Shown: positions 7,431 to 15,895 of the stretch, piece by piece | How positions within the stretch are numbered: the stretch's first letter is position 1 | How the letters are laid out: each line of letters begins with the position of its first letter | DNA from: Myxococcota bacterium | GTDB taxonomy: Bacteria; Myxococcota_A; UBA796; CAJQPC01 | Direction: 5' to 3' | Length of the DNA: 30,615 nucleotides | NCBI GenBank assembly: GCA_036012755.1 | Contig: DASCPX010000018.1 | Span: forward strand, 1 to 30,615 | Made by a program: the position numbers and the translations under genes | Notes under the pieces: model-generated | Databases searched by the model: none | Told to the model about the DNA's origin: nothing | The model's input: only the letters and a program-made list of their open reading frames with translations

Positions 7431-10400
7431 TCACTCGTCCAGCGCGTCGCGGTCCAGCACCCAGAGTCTCTTCCAGAGGAGGTACAGCGCGGGCAGCACC
7501 ACGAGGGTCAACAGCGTGCTGCTGACGAGCCCTCCCACCATCGGCGCCGCGATGCGCTTCATCACGCGGGTGCCCGTCTCCGTCCCGAACATGATGGGCA
7601 ATAGGCCACACAGCGTGGTCGCGACGGTCATCAGCTTGGGGCGCACCCGATCGACGGCGCCCTCCATGATGGCGGCCCTCAGATCCTCGACGGTGTTCAT
7701 CCGCCCCTCCTCGCGGTACCGCTCGACCGCCTCGTCGAGGTAGACGAGCATCACGACCCCGGTCTCCGCCGCCAGGCCCAAGAGCGCGATGAAGCCGACC
7801 TGGACCGCCACCGAGCTGTTGAAGTCCAGCATCCACAGCAGCCAGATGCCGCCGAGTGGCGCGAAGAAGATCGTGCCGAGCATGACCATGCCGGTCTCGC
7901 CGAAGCGCCGGAAGTGGGCGTAGAGGAAGATGAAGATCAGCGCCAGGGTGAGCGGCAGGACCAGCATGAGGCGCTTGTTGGCGCGCTCCATGTACTCGTA
8001 CTGGCCGGACCACTGGATGCTCACGCCAGGTGGCAGAGGGACCTTGCTGCGCACGAGCTCCCGGGCCTCTTCCACGTAGCCGCCGATGTCGTCGGTGGTC
8101 AGATCGACGTAGATCCAGGCGGTCCGCCGCGCGTTCTCGCTCTTGATGGCGGGGGCGCCCTTCTCGATCGAGATGTCGGCGACCTGCGCCAGGGGAACCG
8201 TGTGTCCCATGGGGGTCGGCACCGCCACCCGCTCGAGGCTGTCGATGTCGTTGCGCAGCTCCCTCGGGAAGCGCACGTTCACCGGGTAGCGCTCGAGCCC
8301 TTCGACGGTCCAGGTGACGTTCATGCCTCCGATGGCGCTCTTCACGATGTCGTTGACGTCCTTGACGTTGAGCCCGTAGCGGGCGGCGTCCTCGCGCCTG
8401 ATGCGGATGTCGATGAAGTTGCCCCCGACGACCCGCTCGGAGAAGACCGAGGCCGTACCGTCGAGGGTCTGGAGCACGGCCTCGATCTGCTGACCGAGCT
8501 CCGAGAGCTCGTCGAGATCGTCCCCGAGCAGCTTCACCCCGACCGGCGTCTTGATGCCCGTCGCCAGCATGTCGATGCGGGTCTTGATGGGCATCGTCCA
8601 GGCGTTGGTCACCCCCGGGAACTGCACCATCCCGTCCAGCTCCCGGCTGATGTCCTCGATGGTCTTGCCTTCGGGCCAGGTCTCCTGGGGCGTGAGCAGG
8701 ATGGTGGTCTCGATCATCGTCAGCGGTGCTGGGTCCGTCGCGGTGTCAGCGCGCCCGATCTTGCCGAGCACGTGCTCCACCTGCGGGTGGGTGGAGATGA
8801 TCTTGTCCGTCTGCTGGAGCAGCTCCCGCGCCTTCGTGATCGACAGCCCCGGCGGGGTCGTCGGCATGTAGAGCAGGTCGCCTTCGTTCAGCGGCGGCAT
8901 GAACTCACTGCCGATCCGGCTTGCGGGCCAGGCGGTGGCCACGACCAGCGCCACTGCCAGGGCGATCACGACCCCCGGCCTCCCCAGCACGAAGTCGATG
9001 ATCGGCCGGTAGATCCCGATGGACAACCGCGAGATCGGGTTGTCCCGCTCCGGCCGGACCTTGCCTCTGACCAGGTAGAACATCAGCGCCGGGATGAGCG
9101 TCACCGCGAGCAGCGCCGAGGCCGCCATCGCGAAGGTCTTGGTCAAGGCCAGCGGCGTGAACAGCCGCCCCTCCTGCTGCTCCAGCGTGAAGACCGGCAG
9201 GAAGGAGACCGTCACCACCAGGAGCGAGAAGAACAGGGCCGGACCGACCTCTCGCGCGGCGGCGATGACCATGCGCTCCTGATCTGCGATCGCCCCCCGT
9301 TCACGGTGTTTGTGGAGGTTCTCCACCATCACGACCGAGGCATCGACCATCACCCCGATGGCGATCGCGATGCCTCCCAGGCTCATGATGTTGGCGTTGA
9401 GACCGATGGCCCGCATCGCGATGAAGGCCAGCAGGATGCCCACCGGTAGCGTCAGGATGGCGACGACGCTGGAGCGGAAGTGCAGCAGGAAGAGGATGCA
9501 GATGAGCGCGACGACGAGCATCTCCTCGCCGAGCTTGACGACCAGGGTCTCGATGGCATCCAGGATGAGCTCGCTGCGGTCGTAGGAGACGTGGACCTCG
9601 ACCCCCTCGGGTAGACCTGGCTCGAGCTCCGAGAGGCGCTGCTTCACCCCCTCGATGGTCTCCAGCGCGTTGTCCCCGAAGCGCATCAGCACGATGCCGG
9701 TGACCACCTCGCCCTCTCCGTTCATCTCGACGAGACCTCGCCGCACGTCTGGACCCAGCTGGACGTGGGCGACCTGCTTCAGGAGCACGGGGACGTGGGA
9801 CTCGCTGGCCATCGCCAGCGGGATCGTCTCGAGGTCCTCGACCGAGCTGATGTAGCCCTGGCCGCGCACCATGTACTCGGTCTCCCCCATCTCGATGAGT
9901 CGCCCGCCGGCGTCCTGGTTGGCCGCCTGGATCGCCACGCGGACCTGCTTCAACGTGACGCCGTAGGCTCGGAGCTTCTCCGGGTCGACCTCGACCTGGT
10001 ACTGGCGGACGAAGCCGCCGACCGAGGCGACCTCTGCCACGCCGGGCTGGCTCATGAGGTCGTAGCGCAGGTACCAGTCCTGGACGCTGCGCAGCTGGGC
10101 CAGGTCGAGACCGCGGAAGTTCGCGGCGCGCAACAGCTCCTCGGGCGAGAGCCCCGCCGTGGCGTCGCGGTCGAAGCCCTTCTGCGCGAAGCGGGCGCCG
10201 TCGGTGCCCAGGAGCGCCTCGAGGTTCGCGTGCTCGGGCAGCTCCGCGGCGCTCACCTCGCCGTCGTGGTCCCCGTCCCAGGCCTCGCGCAGGAGCCGGG
10301 CGCGCGGCGAGAAGTCGGTCAGCGTGTACTCGTAGACCCAGCCCACACCGGTGGCGTCTGGACCGAGCTGGGGCGTGACCCCCTCGGGGAGTCGGCCTTG

Positions 10401-10775
10401 TGCCGCGTTGAGCGACTCCAGGACCCGACTGCGAGCCCAGTAGAGGTCCGTTCCGTCCTCGAAGATGACGTAGACCATCGAGACGCCGAAGAAGCTGTAG
10501 CCACGCACGTCGTCGGCGTAGGGGACGGCCAGCAGCGAGGTCGCCAGGGGGTAGGTCACCTGGTCCTCGACCACCTGCGGCGCCTGGCCCGGATACTCCG
10601 TGTAGACGATGACCTGGACGTCGGAGAGATCCGGGATCGCGTCGACCGGGGTCGACCAGAGCGCCCAGACGCCGCCTGCGCTGGCGAGCAGGGCCAGAAG
10701 CAGCACGAAGAAGCGGTTTCGCACGCTGGCTTCGATCAGGGCGCCGACCAGGCCCCCCTTTTCGGCGGAGCTCAC
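7431..10775 (-). CDS. cusA: CusA/SilA-type heavy-metal efflux RND permease (1114 aa) with an EF-hand-like insertion
   Basis: GTG start 10775 (GTGA overlap, GGAGG RBS); DAIPDLSDVQV, GPDATGVGW, AIGVMVDA, RVRPKLMT; Met triad matching E. coli CusA M573/M623/M672 (LLYMP, PLTMIE, RIDML). Confidence 0.96.
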   Translation of the reverse strand: MSSAEKGGLVGALIEASVRNRFFVLLLALLASAGGVWALWSTPVDAIPDLSDVQVIVYTEYPGQAPQVVEDQVTYPLATSLLAVPYADDVRGYSFFGVSMVYVIFEDGTDLYWARSRVLESLNAAQGRLPEGVTPQLGPDATGVGWVYEYTLTDFSPRARLLREAWDGDHDGEVSAAELPEHANLEALLGTDGARFAQKGFDRDATAGLSPEELLRAANFRGLDLAQLRSVQDWYLRYDLMSQPGVAEVASVGGFVRQYQVEVDPEKLRAYGVTLKQVRVAIQAANQDAGGRLIEMGETEYMVRGQGYISSVEDLETIPLAMASESHVPVLLKQVAHVQLGPDVRRGLVEMNGEGEVVTGIVLMRFGDNALETIEGVKQRLSELEPGLPEGVEVHVSYDRSELILDAIETLVVKLGEEMLVVALICILFLLHFRSSVVAILTLPVGILLAFIAMRAIGLNANIMSLGGIAIAIGVMVDASVVMVENLHKHRERGAIADQERMVIAAAREVGPALFFSLLVVTVSFLPVFTLEQQEGRLFTPLALTKTFAMAASALLAVTLIPALMFYLVRGKVRPERDNPISRLSIGIYRPIIDFVLGRPGVVIALAVALVVATAWPASRIGSEFMPPLNEGDLLYMPTTPPGLSITKARELLQQTDKIISTHPQVEHVLGKIGRADTATDPAPLTMIETTILLTPQETWPEGKTIEDISRELDGMVQFPGVTNAWTMPIKTRIDMLATGIKTPVGVKLLGDDLDELSELGQQIEAVLQTLDGTASVFSERVVGGNFIDIRIRREDAARYGLNVKDVNDIVKSAIGGMNVTWTVEGLERYPVNVRFPRELRNDIDSLERVAVPTPMGHTVPLAQVADISIEKGAPAIKSENARRTAWIYVDLTTDDIGGYVEEARELVRSKVPLPPGVSIQWSGQYEYMERANKRLMLVLPLTLALIFIFLYAHFRRFGETGMVMLGTIFFAPLGGIWLLWMLDFNSSVAVQVGFIALLGLAAETGVVMLVYLDEAVERYREEGRMNTVEDLRAAIMEGAVDRVRPKLMTVATTLCGLLPIMFGTETGTRVMKRIAAPMVGGLVSSTLLTLVVLPALYLLWKRLWVLDRDALDE

Positions 10776-12193
10776 TCGACCTCCTCGAGGAACATCCCGC
10801 AGATGGAACACCGTCCAGGCACGTCTTCGATGACCTCCGGGTGCATCGGGCAGGTGTACTGACCCGGGTGGGGGCCAGTGGCCTCGCGCTCGACGAGGTC
10901 CATGCCGCACTCGGTGCAGCGCCCGGGTTCGTCGTCGATGATCTCTGGGTGCATCGGGCAGCTCCAGACCGTGTCCGAGGCCTCCTCGCGGTCATCCTCT
11001 GGGGAGAGCATCTTGCGCATCGCTTCCTGCAGCTGGCTCTCGCTGTCCAGGAGGAACTGGCCGCTGACCACGATCTCCTCGCCGTCGGCGACGCCGTCGA
11101 GGACCTCGGTCAGGTTGCGATCACCGACGAGTCCGGTCCTGACCTGGCGTGGCTCGAAGTGTCCCTCTCCACGAGCCACGAAGACGATCTCGCGAGTGCC
11201 GGAGTGGAGGATGGCCTCGCTTGGGATCGCCAGGACGTCGTCGAGGCGCCGGTACTCGATGTAGACCGTCGCGAACATGCCGGGCTTGAGCTCCAGCCCG
11301 GTGTTCTCGAACTCCAGGCGTACGGTGAGGGTGCGGCTCTTTTCGTCCAGGGTGGGGTAGATGTAGGCGACCTGGCCCTGCAGCGTCGTGCCCTTGTCGT
11401 AGGTGAGCTCCATCTGGGCTTCCTGGCCGACCTCGACCCAGGGGGCGTCGAACTCGTAGACCTCGGCCGTGACCCAGATCCGCTGGAGGTTGCCGATTCG
11501 GTAGAGGTCCTTGCCCGCGGGCACCCTGGCTCCCTCGATGACGTTCTTGTGCAGGACGAAGCCGGACTGGGGTGCGCGGACCGGCAGGGTCCGCCGGAGC
11601 TCTCCCTCGTCGCGGATGCGATCGAGGTCGCGGCCGGAGATGTCCCAGAGCTCCAGCTTCCTGCGGGCAGAGGCCGCGAGATCGCTGTCCGCTCCCTGGC
11701 TGCGCAGCGCCAACAGGTACTCCTCCTGGGCGGACACCAGCTCGGGCGAGTAGACCTCGAACAGCGCCTGGCCCGCCTTCACGGGGTCGCCGGTGCGGTC
11801 CGCGTAGAGCTTCTCGACCCAGCCGCTGTAGCGCAGGTTGACGACGGAGAGCTCGTCCTCTCCGACCTCCACCTCGCCGATGGTGCGGAGGTGGCGGAAG
11901 ACCGTCTGGCGCCGGGCGATCTCGGTGCGGACACCCATGTTCTGCTGGACGACAGGGTCGATGTGGACGCTGGCGTCCGAGCTGGCCTCGTCGGCGCTCG
12001 GCGTCGACGAGGTGTTCATCGGGGTGAGGTCCATGCCGCAGATCGGGCAGGTGCCTGGCGAGTCCTGGACCACCTGGGGGTGCATGCCGCAGGTGTAGAG
12101 CTGGCCTGCCTCGTGGGCGTGCTCCTCCTCCGTGGAGCAGCCGGCGGCGAAGACGACGAGGAGAGGGATCAACAGGAGCAGGATGCGTGTCAC
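10772..12193 (-). CDS. cusB: CusB-type membrane fusion lipoprotein with three heavy-metal-binding motifs
   Basis: GTG start 12193 overlaps the upstream stop; lipobox FAAGC; YSPELVSAQEEYL, LKPGMF, SGQFLLDSES; YTCGMHP..CPICGMDL, WSCPMHP..CTECGMDL, YTCPMHP..CSICGMFL. Confidence 0.93.
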   Translation of the reverse strand: MTRILLLLIPLLVVFAAGCSTEEEHAHEAGQLYTCGMHPQVVQDSPGTCPICGMDLTPMNTSSTPSADEASSDASVHIDPVVQQNMGVRTEIARRQTVFRHLRTIGEVEVGEDELSVVNLRYSGWVEKLYADRTGDPVKAGQALFEVYSPELVSAQEEYLLALRSQGADSDLAASARRKLELWDISGRDLDRIRDEGELRRTLPVRAPQSGFVLHKNVIEGARVPAGKDLYRIGNLQRIWVTAEVYEFDAPWVEVGQEAQMELTYDKGTTLQGQVAYIYPTLDEKSRTLTVRLEFENTGLELKPGMFATVYIEYRRLDDVLAIPSEAILHSGTREIVFVARGEGHFEPRQVRTGLVGDRNLTEVLDGVADGEEIVVSGQFLLDSESQLQEAMRKMLSPEDDREEASDTVWSCPMHPEIIDDEPGRCTECGMDLVEREATGPHPGQYTCPMHPEVIEDVPGRCSICGMFLEEVE

Positions 12194-13395
12194 GGGTTTG
12201 CTCCTATGAGTGCTCGGGTCTCGGCCCGCTGGATGTGGGTCTCGGCGGCGGCCACGAGCCAGGCCCGCTCCAGCGTGAGCAGGTCGACCTCCGCCTCGTA
12301 CAGGGAGGAGAAGCCCGCCTTGTCGACGCGGAAGTCCGACAGGGTGGTCTCCAGGGTCGCCTCGGCGGCGGGGATGAGCACGGTCTCGTAGGTGTGGGCC
12401 TTGTCCGCTGCCCGGGTCCAGCGAGCGTGGGTGGACGTGAGCGAGGCCTCCAGCTGGTCCAGCGCCGCCTCGTACTGGGCCCGCGCGGCGGAGGCCGCCT
12501 CCAGGTGGCCGCTGGCCATGCCCTCCGCGCGCTTGCGGCTGTTGAAGGGAAGCGGCGCGGACAGACCGACGCTGACGAGGTCCGTTCCCTCGGGCTGTTG
12601 GGTGCGGATGCGGTAGCCACCCCAGACCGTCAGGTCCGGGCGGGCATCGACCAGCGCCAGGTCGGCCGCCAGCTCCTCGTTCTGGGCGACGAGCTGGAGC
12701 CGCCGGAGCTCGGGACGGGCCTCCGCGGCCGAGGCGAGCCAGGCGTCGACGGTCCCCTCGACGGCGACGGGCTCCAACTCCGCGGGTGTCTCGAAGGTGG
12801 CGTCGTCGCGGGCCAGCGCCTTGGCCAGGCCCGCAGAGAGCTCGATGTCCGCGCGCTCGTAGTCTCCGAGGTCGTCCTTCAAGCGTTCGGTGAGGAGTCC
12901 CAGGCGCAGCAGCGCCGACTGGCCGGCGCTGCCCACCTCGTAGCGGGAGCGCACGGCCCCCAGGAGCTCGACCGTGAGGGCGAGGTGCCTCTCGGTGACC
13001 GAGCCGAGGGACCGGCTCAGGGCGAGCCTCCACCAGGTCTGGTCCACCTGCATTCGGAGGAGGAGCTCCGCCTCCAGCGTGGCCTGCTCGCTGATCTCCA
13101 CCTGGCCGGTCGCGACCTCGGCCCGCAGCGCGGTGACCCCGGGCGCCGGCAGGGTCTGCCGGGCCTCGAGCTGCACGCCCGACATCGGGTGGTTGCCCGG
13201 CAGGGGGGCGCTCACCGCCATGTTGGAGTACGCGGCACCGACCATCGGATCCGGCCAGACGTCCGCGACCTCGGCCAGCGCTTCGAGCTGACGGGTGCGC
13301 GCCTGCATCGCCTGCAGGCTCGGGTTTGCAGCCACCGCCTCGTCGGCAAGGCGGTCGGTGTCGTCGGCCATGGCCAGGGACAACAAGAGCAGCAT
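12190..13395 (-). CDS. TolC-family outer membrane efflux protein (CusC equivalent)
   Basis: GGAGG RBS, signal peptide, AVAANPSL, RYEVGSAG, ARPELRR, VSVGLSAPLP; first gene of the coupled operon. Confidence 0.9.
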   Translation of the reverse strand: MLLLLSLAMADDTDRLADEAVAANPSLQAMQARTRQLEALAEVADVWPDPMVGAAYSNMAVSAPLPGNHPMSGVQLEARQTLPAPGVTALRAEVATGQVEISEQATLEAELLLRMQVDQTWWRLALSRSLGSVTERHLALTVELLGAVRSRYEVGSAGQSALLRLGLLTERLKDDLGDYERADIELSAGLAKALARDDATFETPAELEPVAVEGTVDAWLASAAEARPELRRLQLVAQNEELAADLALVDARPDLTVWGGYRIRTQQPEGTDLVSVGLSAPLPFNSRKRAEGMASGHLEAASAARAQYEAALDQLEASLTSTHARWTRAADKAHTYETVLIPAAEATLETTLSDFRVDKAGFSSLYEAEVDLLTLERAWLVAAAETHIQRAETRALIGANP

Positions 13396-13450
13396 CGAGA
13401 CCTCCGCGGATCAGCGCCCCAGGGCTGTATGGCGTTCGCCAGGATCTCAG

Positions 13451-13466
13451 TGCAGTTGTCGTGCCA
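13451..13466 (-). promoter_or_regulatory. Sigma-54 (-24/-12) promoter of the efflux operon
   Basis: Minus strand reads TGGCACGACAACTGCA, matching TGGCACG-N4-TTGCW with one mismatch and exact GG-N10-GC spacing; 55 bp upstream of the TolC ATG. Confidence 0.85.
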
Positions 13467-13516
13467 CGCGTCGACAGCTGGGCGCCAGCGGCCAGCGGGC
13501 GACAATAGTGATCATC

Positions 13517-13539
13517 GGATTGAGAATATTCTCGAATCC
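13517..13539. promoter_or_regulatory. Palindromic candidate upstream activator sequence GGATTGAGAATATTCTCGAATCC
   Basis: Extended inverted repeat about 50-75 bp upstream of the -24 element; GATTGAGAATATTCTC matches 5038-5053 at 15 of 16 positions. Confidence 0.7.
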
Positions 13540-13619
13540 GCGCCGGGATCAGTTGCAGGCGCCCTCTCTCCGGTCGAACTCGTCGCCGTCACAACGCTAC
13601 CGCCGTTTCGTCCCAGGAG

Positions 13620-14102
13620 CTAGGGTCGAGTGGCGAGGACCCTGTCCCAGCTGATGTCCTCGAGGGCCTGATAGCGCACCTCGCCTCCGGGCTCCGAGTG
13701 CAGCACCTGTCCCTCTCCGGTGTAGAGCCCCATGTGCCAGGGCCAGTACTTCGTGTCTCCGTCGATGTGCAGCGGAGCGTCTGGGATCTCGTAGCCGGCC
13801 AGCAGGAAGAACACGACGTCCCCTCGCTCGAATGGGACCTCCTCGCCGCGTGAGATCACCGCGGTCTGTGGTCCGAGCAGGCCACTCGCCACCAGCTCCG
13901 AGGGGTTCACCGAGTAGCTCGCGCGGGGGGTGCCCGTGGCGGCGGAGTAGCTGCGGAAGACGAAGCTCATGCACCCGAGGCCAGGGTTCGCGGCGGTGGC
14001 CTGGCCGTTCCAGGCCCAGGGCGTGCCGAGGTAGCCCTCGGCGTGCTCGATCGCCTGGTCATGGACCTCGCCAGCGAGCGCAGCGGTGAACAACAGCAGC
14101 AT
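13620..14102 (-). CDS. Secreted NlpC/P60 (C40) family peptidase
   Basis: ATG 14102 with signal MLLLFTAALAG; YLGTPWAWNG, catalytic Cys in GLGCMSFV, RGDVVFF, His in HMGLY and VLHS. Confidence 0.85.
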   Translation of the reverse strand: MLLLFTAALAGEVHDQAIEHAEGYLGTPWAWNGQATAANPGLGCMSFVFRSYSAATGTPRASYSVNPSELVASGLLGPQTAVISRGEEVPFERGDVVFFLLAGYEIPDAPLHIDGDTKYWPWHMGLYTGEGQVLHSEPGGEVRYQALEDISWDRVLATRP

Positions 14103-14109
14103 GAGCTCT
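14088..14109 (+). repeat. 22-bp direct repeat, left copy (GAACAACAGCAGCATGAGCTCT)
   Basis: Exact match to 16178-16199; contains the NlpC/P60 start codon on the minus strand. Confidence 0.95.
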
Positions 14110-14212
14110 AAGGAAGCGGCGGCCTTTTGAGCGGCGGCCTGATCAGCGAGTGCATCAGCGAGTGCCTTGTCAGAGGATAGGAAGTTCAAAGCCCCACCCC
14201 CAAGTACATCGT

Positions 14213-14240
14213 AGTTAACATAATGTTTCTTGTGCGAAAG
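14213..14240 (-). other. dif-like XerC/XerD recombination site
   Basis: Minus strand CTTTCGCACAA-GAAACA-TTATGTTAACT with 11-6-11 layout; E. coli dif is GGTGCGCATAA-TGTATA-TTATGTTAAAT; XerD arm matches at 10 of 11. Confidence 0.7.
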
Positions 14241-14485
14241 GATAGGAAACATTAGTCCAAAACCGAGCCTGCTTGAAGGCCATCTAGCGCGCAAATAGTG
14301 GTTCACGGCCGACTTCGACAGATCAAGCCGCCTGATTTCCACCGAAAACAAGCGCCAACAGCGGGTCTCCAGCCTCGACTTGGCCAGCGGTGGAGGATAG
14401 GGAACACGGGCATCATTGAAGGTGCGGTGGTCGCTGCGGAGGCAGCAGGCGCCTTCAAGTCGCACCTCTCCAGCGGGTTGAGCCC

Positions 14486-15817
14486 ATGAGTTTCTGTGAA
14501 GCCTGCGGGACCAACATCGGGTTCTTTTCCCGAAAGAAGTACCGTGACGGTGCGGGAGAAGTGCACGCCTACTGCAGGCCGTGCTTCCGAAAACTGCCTG
14601 AGCCCGGCACCCCGCTGTACAAGGCGTGTCACGCCATCGACCGGGCCAGAAAGGCCAACGCCACCACCCTGGATCTCTCAGAACATGAGCTGCAGAGCCT
14701 ACCGTCTGACCTCTTCCAGTTCACCCAGCTTAAAGAGCTGAACCTGCAGGGCAACCAACTTGAGGCCCTGCCTGGCGAGATCGGCCAACTCCAGGCCCTG
14801 AAGAGACTGGATCTGTCGCGCAATGATCTCACCGCCCTGCCCGAAGAGCTCTGGCGGCTGAGGGCCCTTGAGGTCCTGAACCTCCAGGGCAATCGACTCG
14901 AGACGATTTCTGAGGACATCGGGCAGCTCCGCGCCCTTCAAAGGCTGGACCTGGAATCCAACCGACTGGAGCGCCTGCCCCGGGAGCTCTGGCAGCTGCA
15001 AGACCTGGACACTCTGGCCCTGGAGCGCAACGCCATCAAGGTCCTGCCTTCGGAGATCGGCCAACTGCAGAAGCTGACGCGCCTATGGGTGGGATATTGT
15101 GGCCTGGAGACGTTGCCGCCAGAGGTCTTCCGACTGCAGGCCCTGGAAGATCTGAGCTTGTCCGGCAACGCCTTGGGGTCTTTGCCGCCAGAGATTGGCC
15201 ATCTGCGGCAACTCAAGCAGTTGTACATAGAGAACTGCGGCCTGGAAACGCTTCCCGCAGAGATCGGCAACCTGCATGCGGTCCAAGAAATGTACCTGGA
15301 AGGCAACGGTCTCCAGTCCCTACCGCCAGAGATTGGCCAGATGAAAGCTCTGATCAATCTGATGCTGGATGATGTCCCCCTCTCCCTGAAGCTGCCGATG
15401 GAACTCTTTCAAATGCAGTCCCTTGAGCGGCTCTCCATCTGGCAAGATCTCCTCGACGCCCAGCCGCGGGAGGTGGCCAAGCGGGTGTGGGAGCGTGATC
15501 TGTGCTGCTTCAACGACCCTTATTCCTCCGAGGTCCCAACCACGCGGCGAGTCCGCGCCAAATACCCTGATGAGGCCCGAGGAAAGGGCATTTCTGGAAA
15601 ATGTTACGTCCGGTTCTGGGTCGACGAGAAGGGGGCGCCCTATGACATCTGGGTGGGCCCTTGTGCCGCGTACTGGCGGGATGAAGTCATGGAGGCCGCC
15701 TCGCAGTGGCGGTTCGAACCCCGGAAGGAGGACGGCCAGTTCATCAAGACCCACTACGGCGTCTCCATGCGCTTCAAAGCGGACGGCGAACCAAAAGACG
15801 ATGCGGCCGATTCATAA
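14486..15817 (+). CDS. Fusion protein: N-terminal Zn ribbon, about 11 leucine-rich repeats, C-terminal TonB-C domain
   Basis: CEAC...CRPC; 23-aa repeats of type LxxLxLxxNxLxxLPxEIGxL; KYPDEARGKGISGKCYVRFWVDEKG...AASQWRFEP...VSMRF. Confidence 0.85.
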   Translation: MSFCEACGTNIGFFSRKKYRDGAGEVHAYCRPCFRKLPEPGTPLYKACHAIDRARKANATTLDLSEHELQSLPSDLFQFTQLKELNLQGNQLEALPGEIGQLQALKRLDLSRNDLTALPEELWRLRALEVLNLQGNRLETISEDIGQLRALQRLDLESNRLERLPRELWQLQDLDTLALERNAIKVLPSEIGQLQKLTRLWVGYCGLETLPPEVFRLQALEDLSLSGNALGSLPPEIGHLRQLKQLYIENCGLETLPAEIGNLHAVQEMYLEGNGLQSLPPEIGQMKALINLMLDDVPLSLKLPMELFQMQSLERLSIWQDLLDAQPREVAKRVWERDLCCFNDPYSSEVPTTRRVRAKYPDEARGKGISGKCYVRFWVDEKGAPYDIWVGPCAAYWRDEVMEAASQWRFEPRKEDGQFIKTHYGVSMRFKADGEPKDDAADS

Positions 15818-15845
15818 GTTGATTTCAGCCATTTCCAAGATGGAA

Positions 15846-15872
15846 GGTGGAGGCGGCGGGCGTTGAAGCCCG
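15846..15872 (-). other. Degenerate remnant resembling the 3' end of tmRNA or a tRNA (att-like)
   Basis: Minus strand CGGGCTTCAACGCCCGCCGCCTCCACC resembles the T arm plus acceptor strand of ssrA; no 5' half found. Confidence 0.45.
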
Positions 15873-15873
15873 A

Positions 15874-15895
15874 CCGCCACCGACTGCGGTGGCGG
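15874..15895. terminator. GC-rich hairpin downstream of the LRR gene, possible terminator
   Basis: CCGCCACCG-ACTG-CGGTGGCGG perfect 9-bp stem; no U tract. Confidence 0.35.

Noticed and set aside
13520..13535. Canonical Fur box
   Set aside because: Half-sites resemble TGAGAAT but lack the central base of the 7-1-7 layout; position fits a sigma-54 enhancer better, though Fur-family binding is not excluded
7914..13623. Several 365-564 aa ORFs overlapping the efflux operon
   Set aside because: Antisense or off-frame shadows of cusA, cusB and the TolC gene
15807..15834. Second dif-like site at the end of the LRR gene
   Set aside because: Only CATAA matches; the XerD arm is absent
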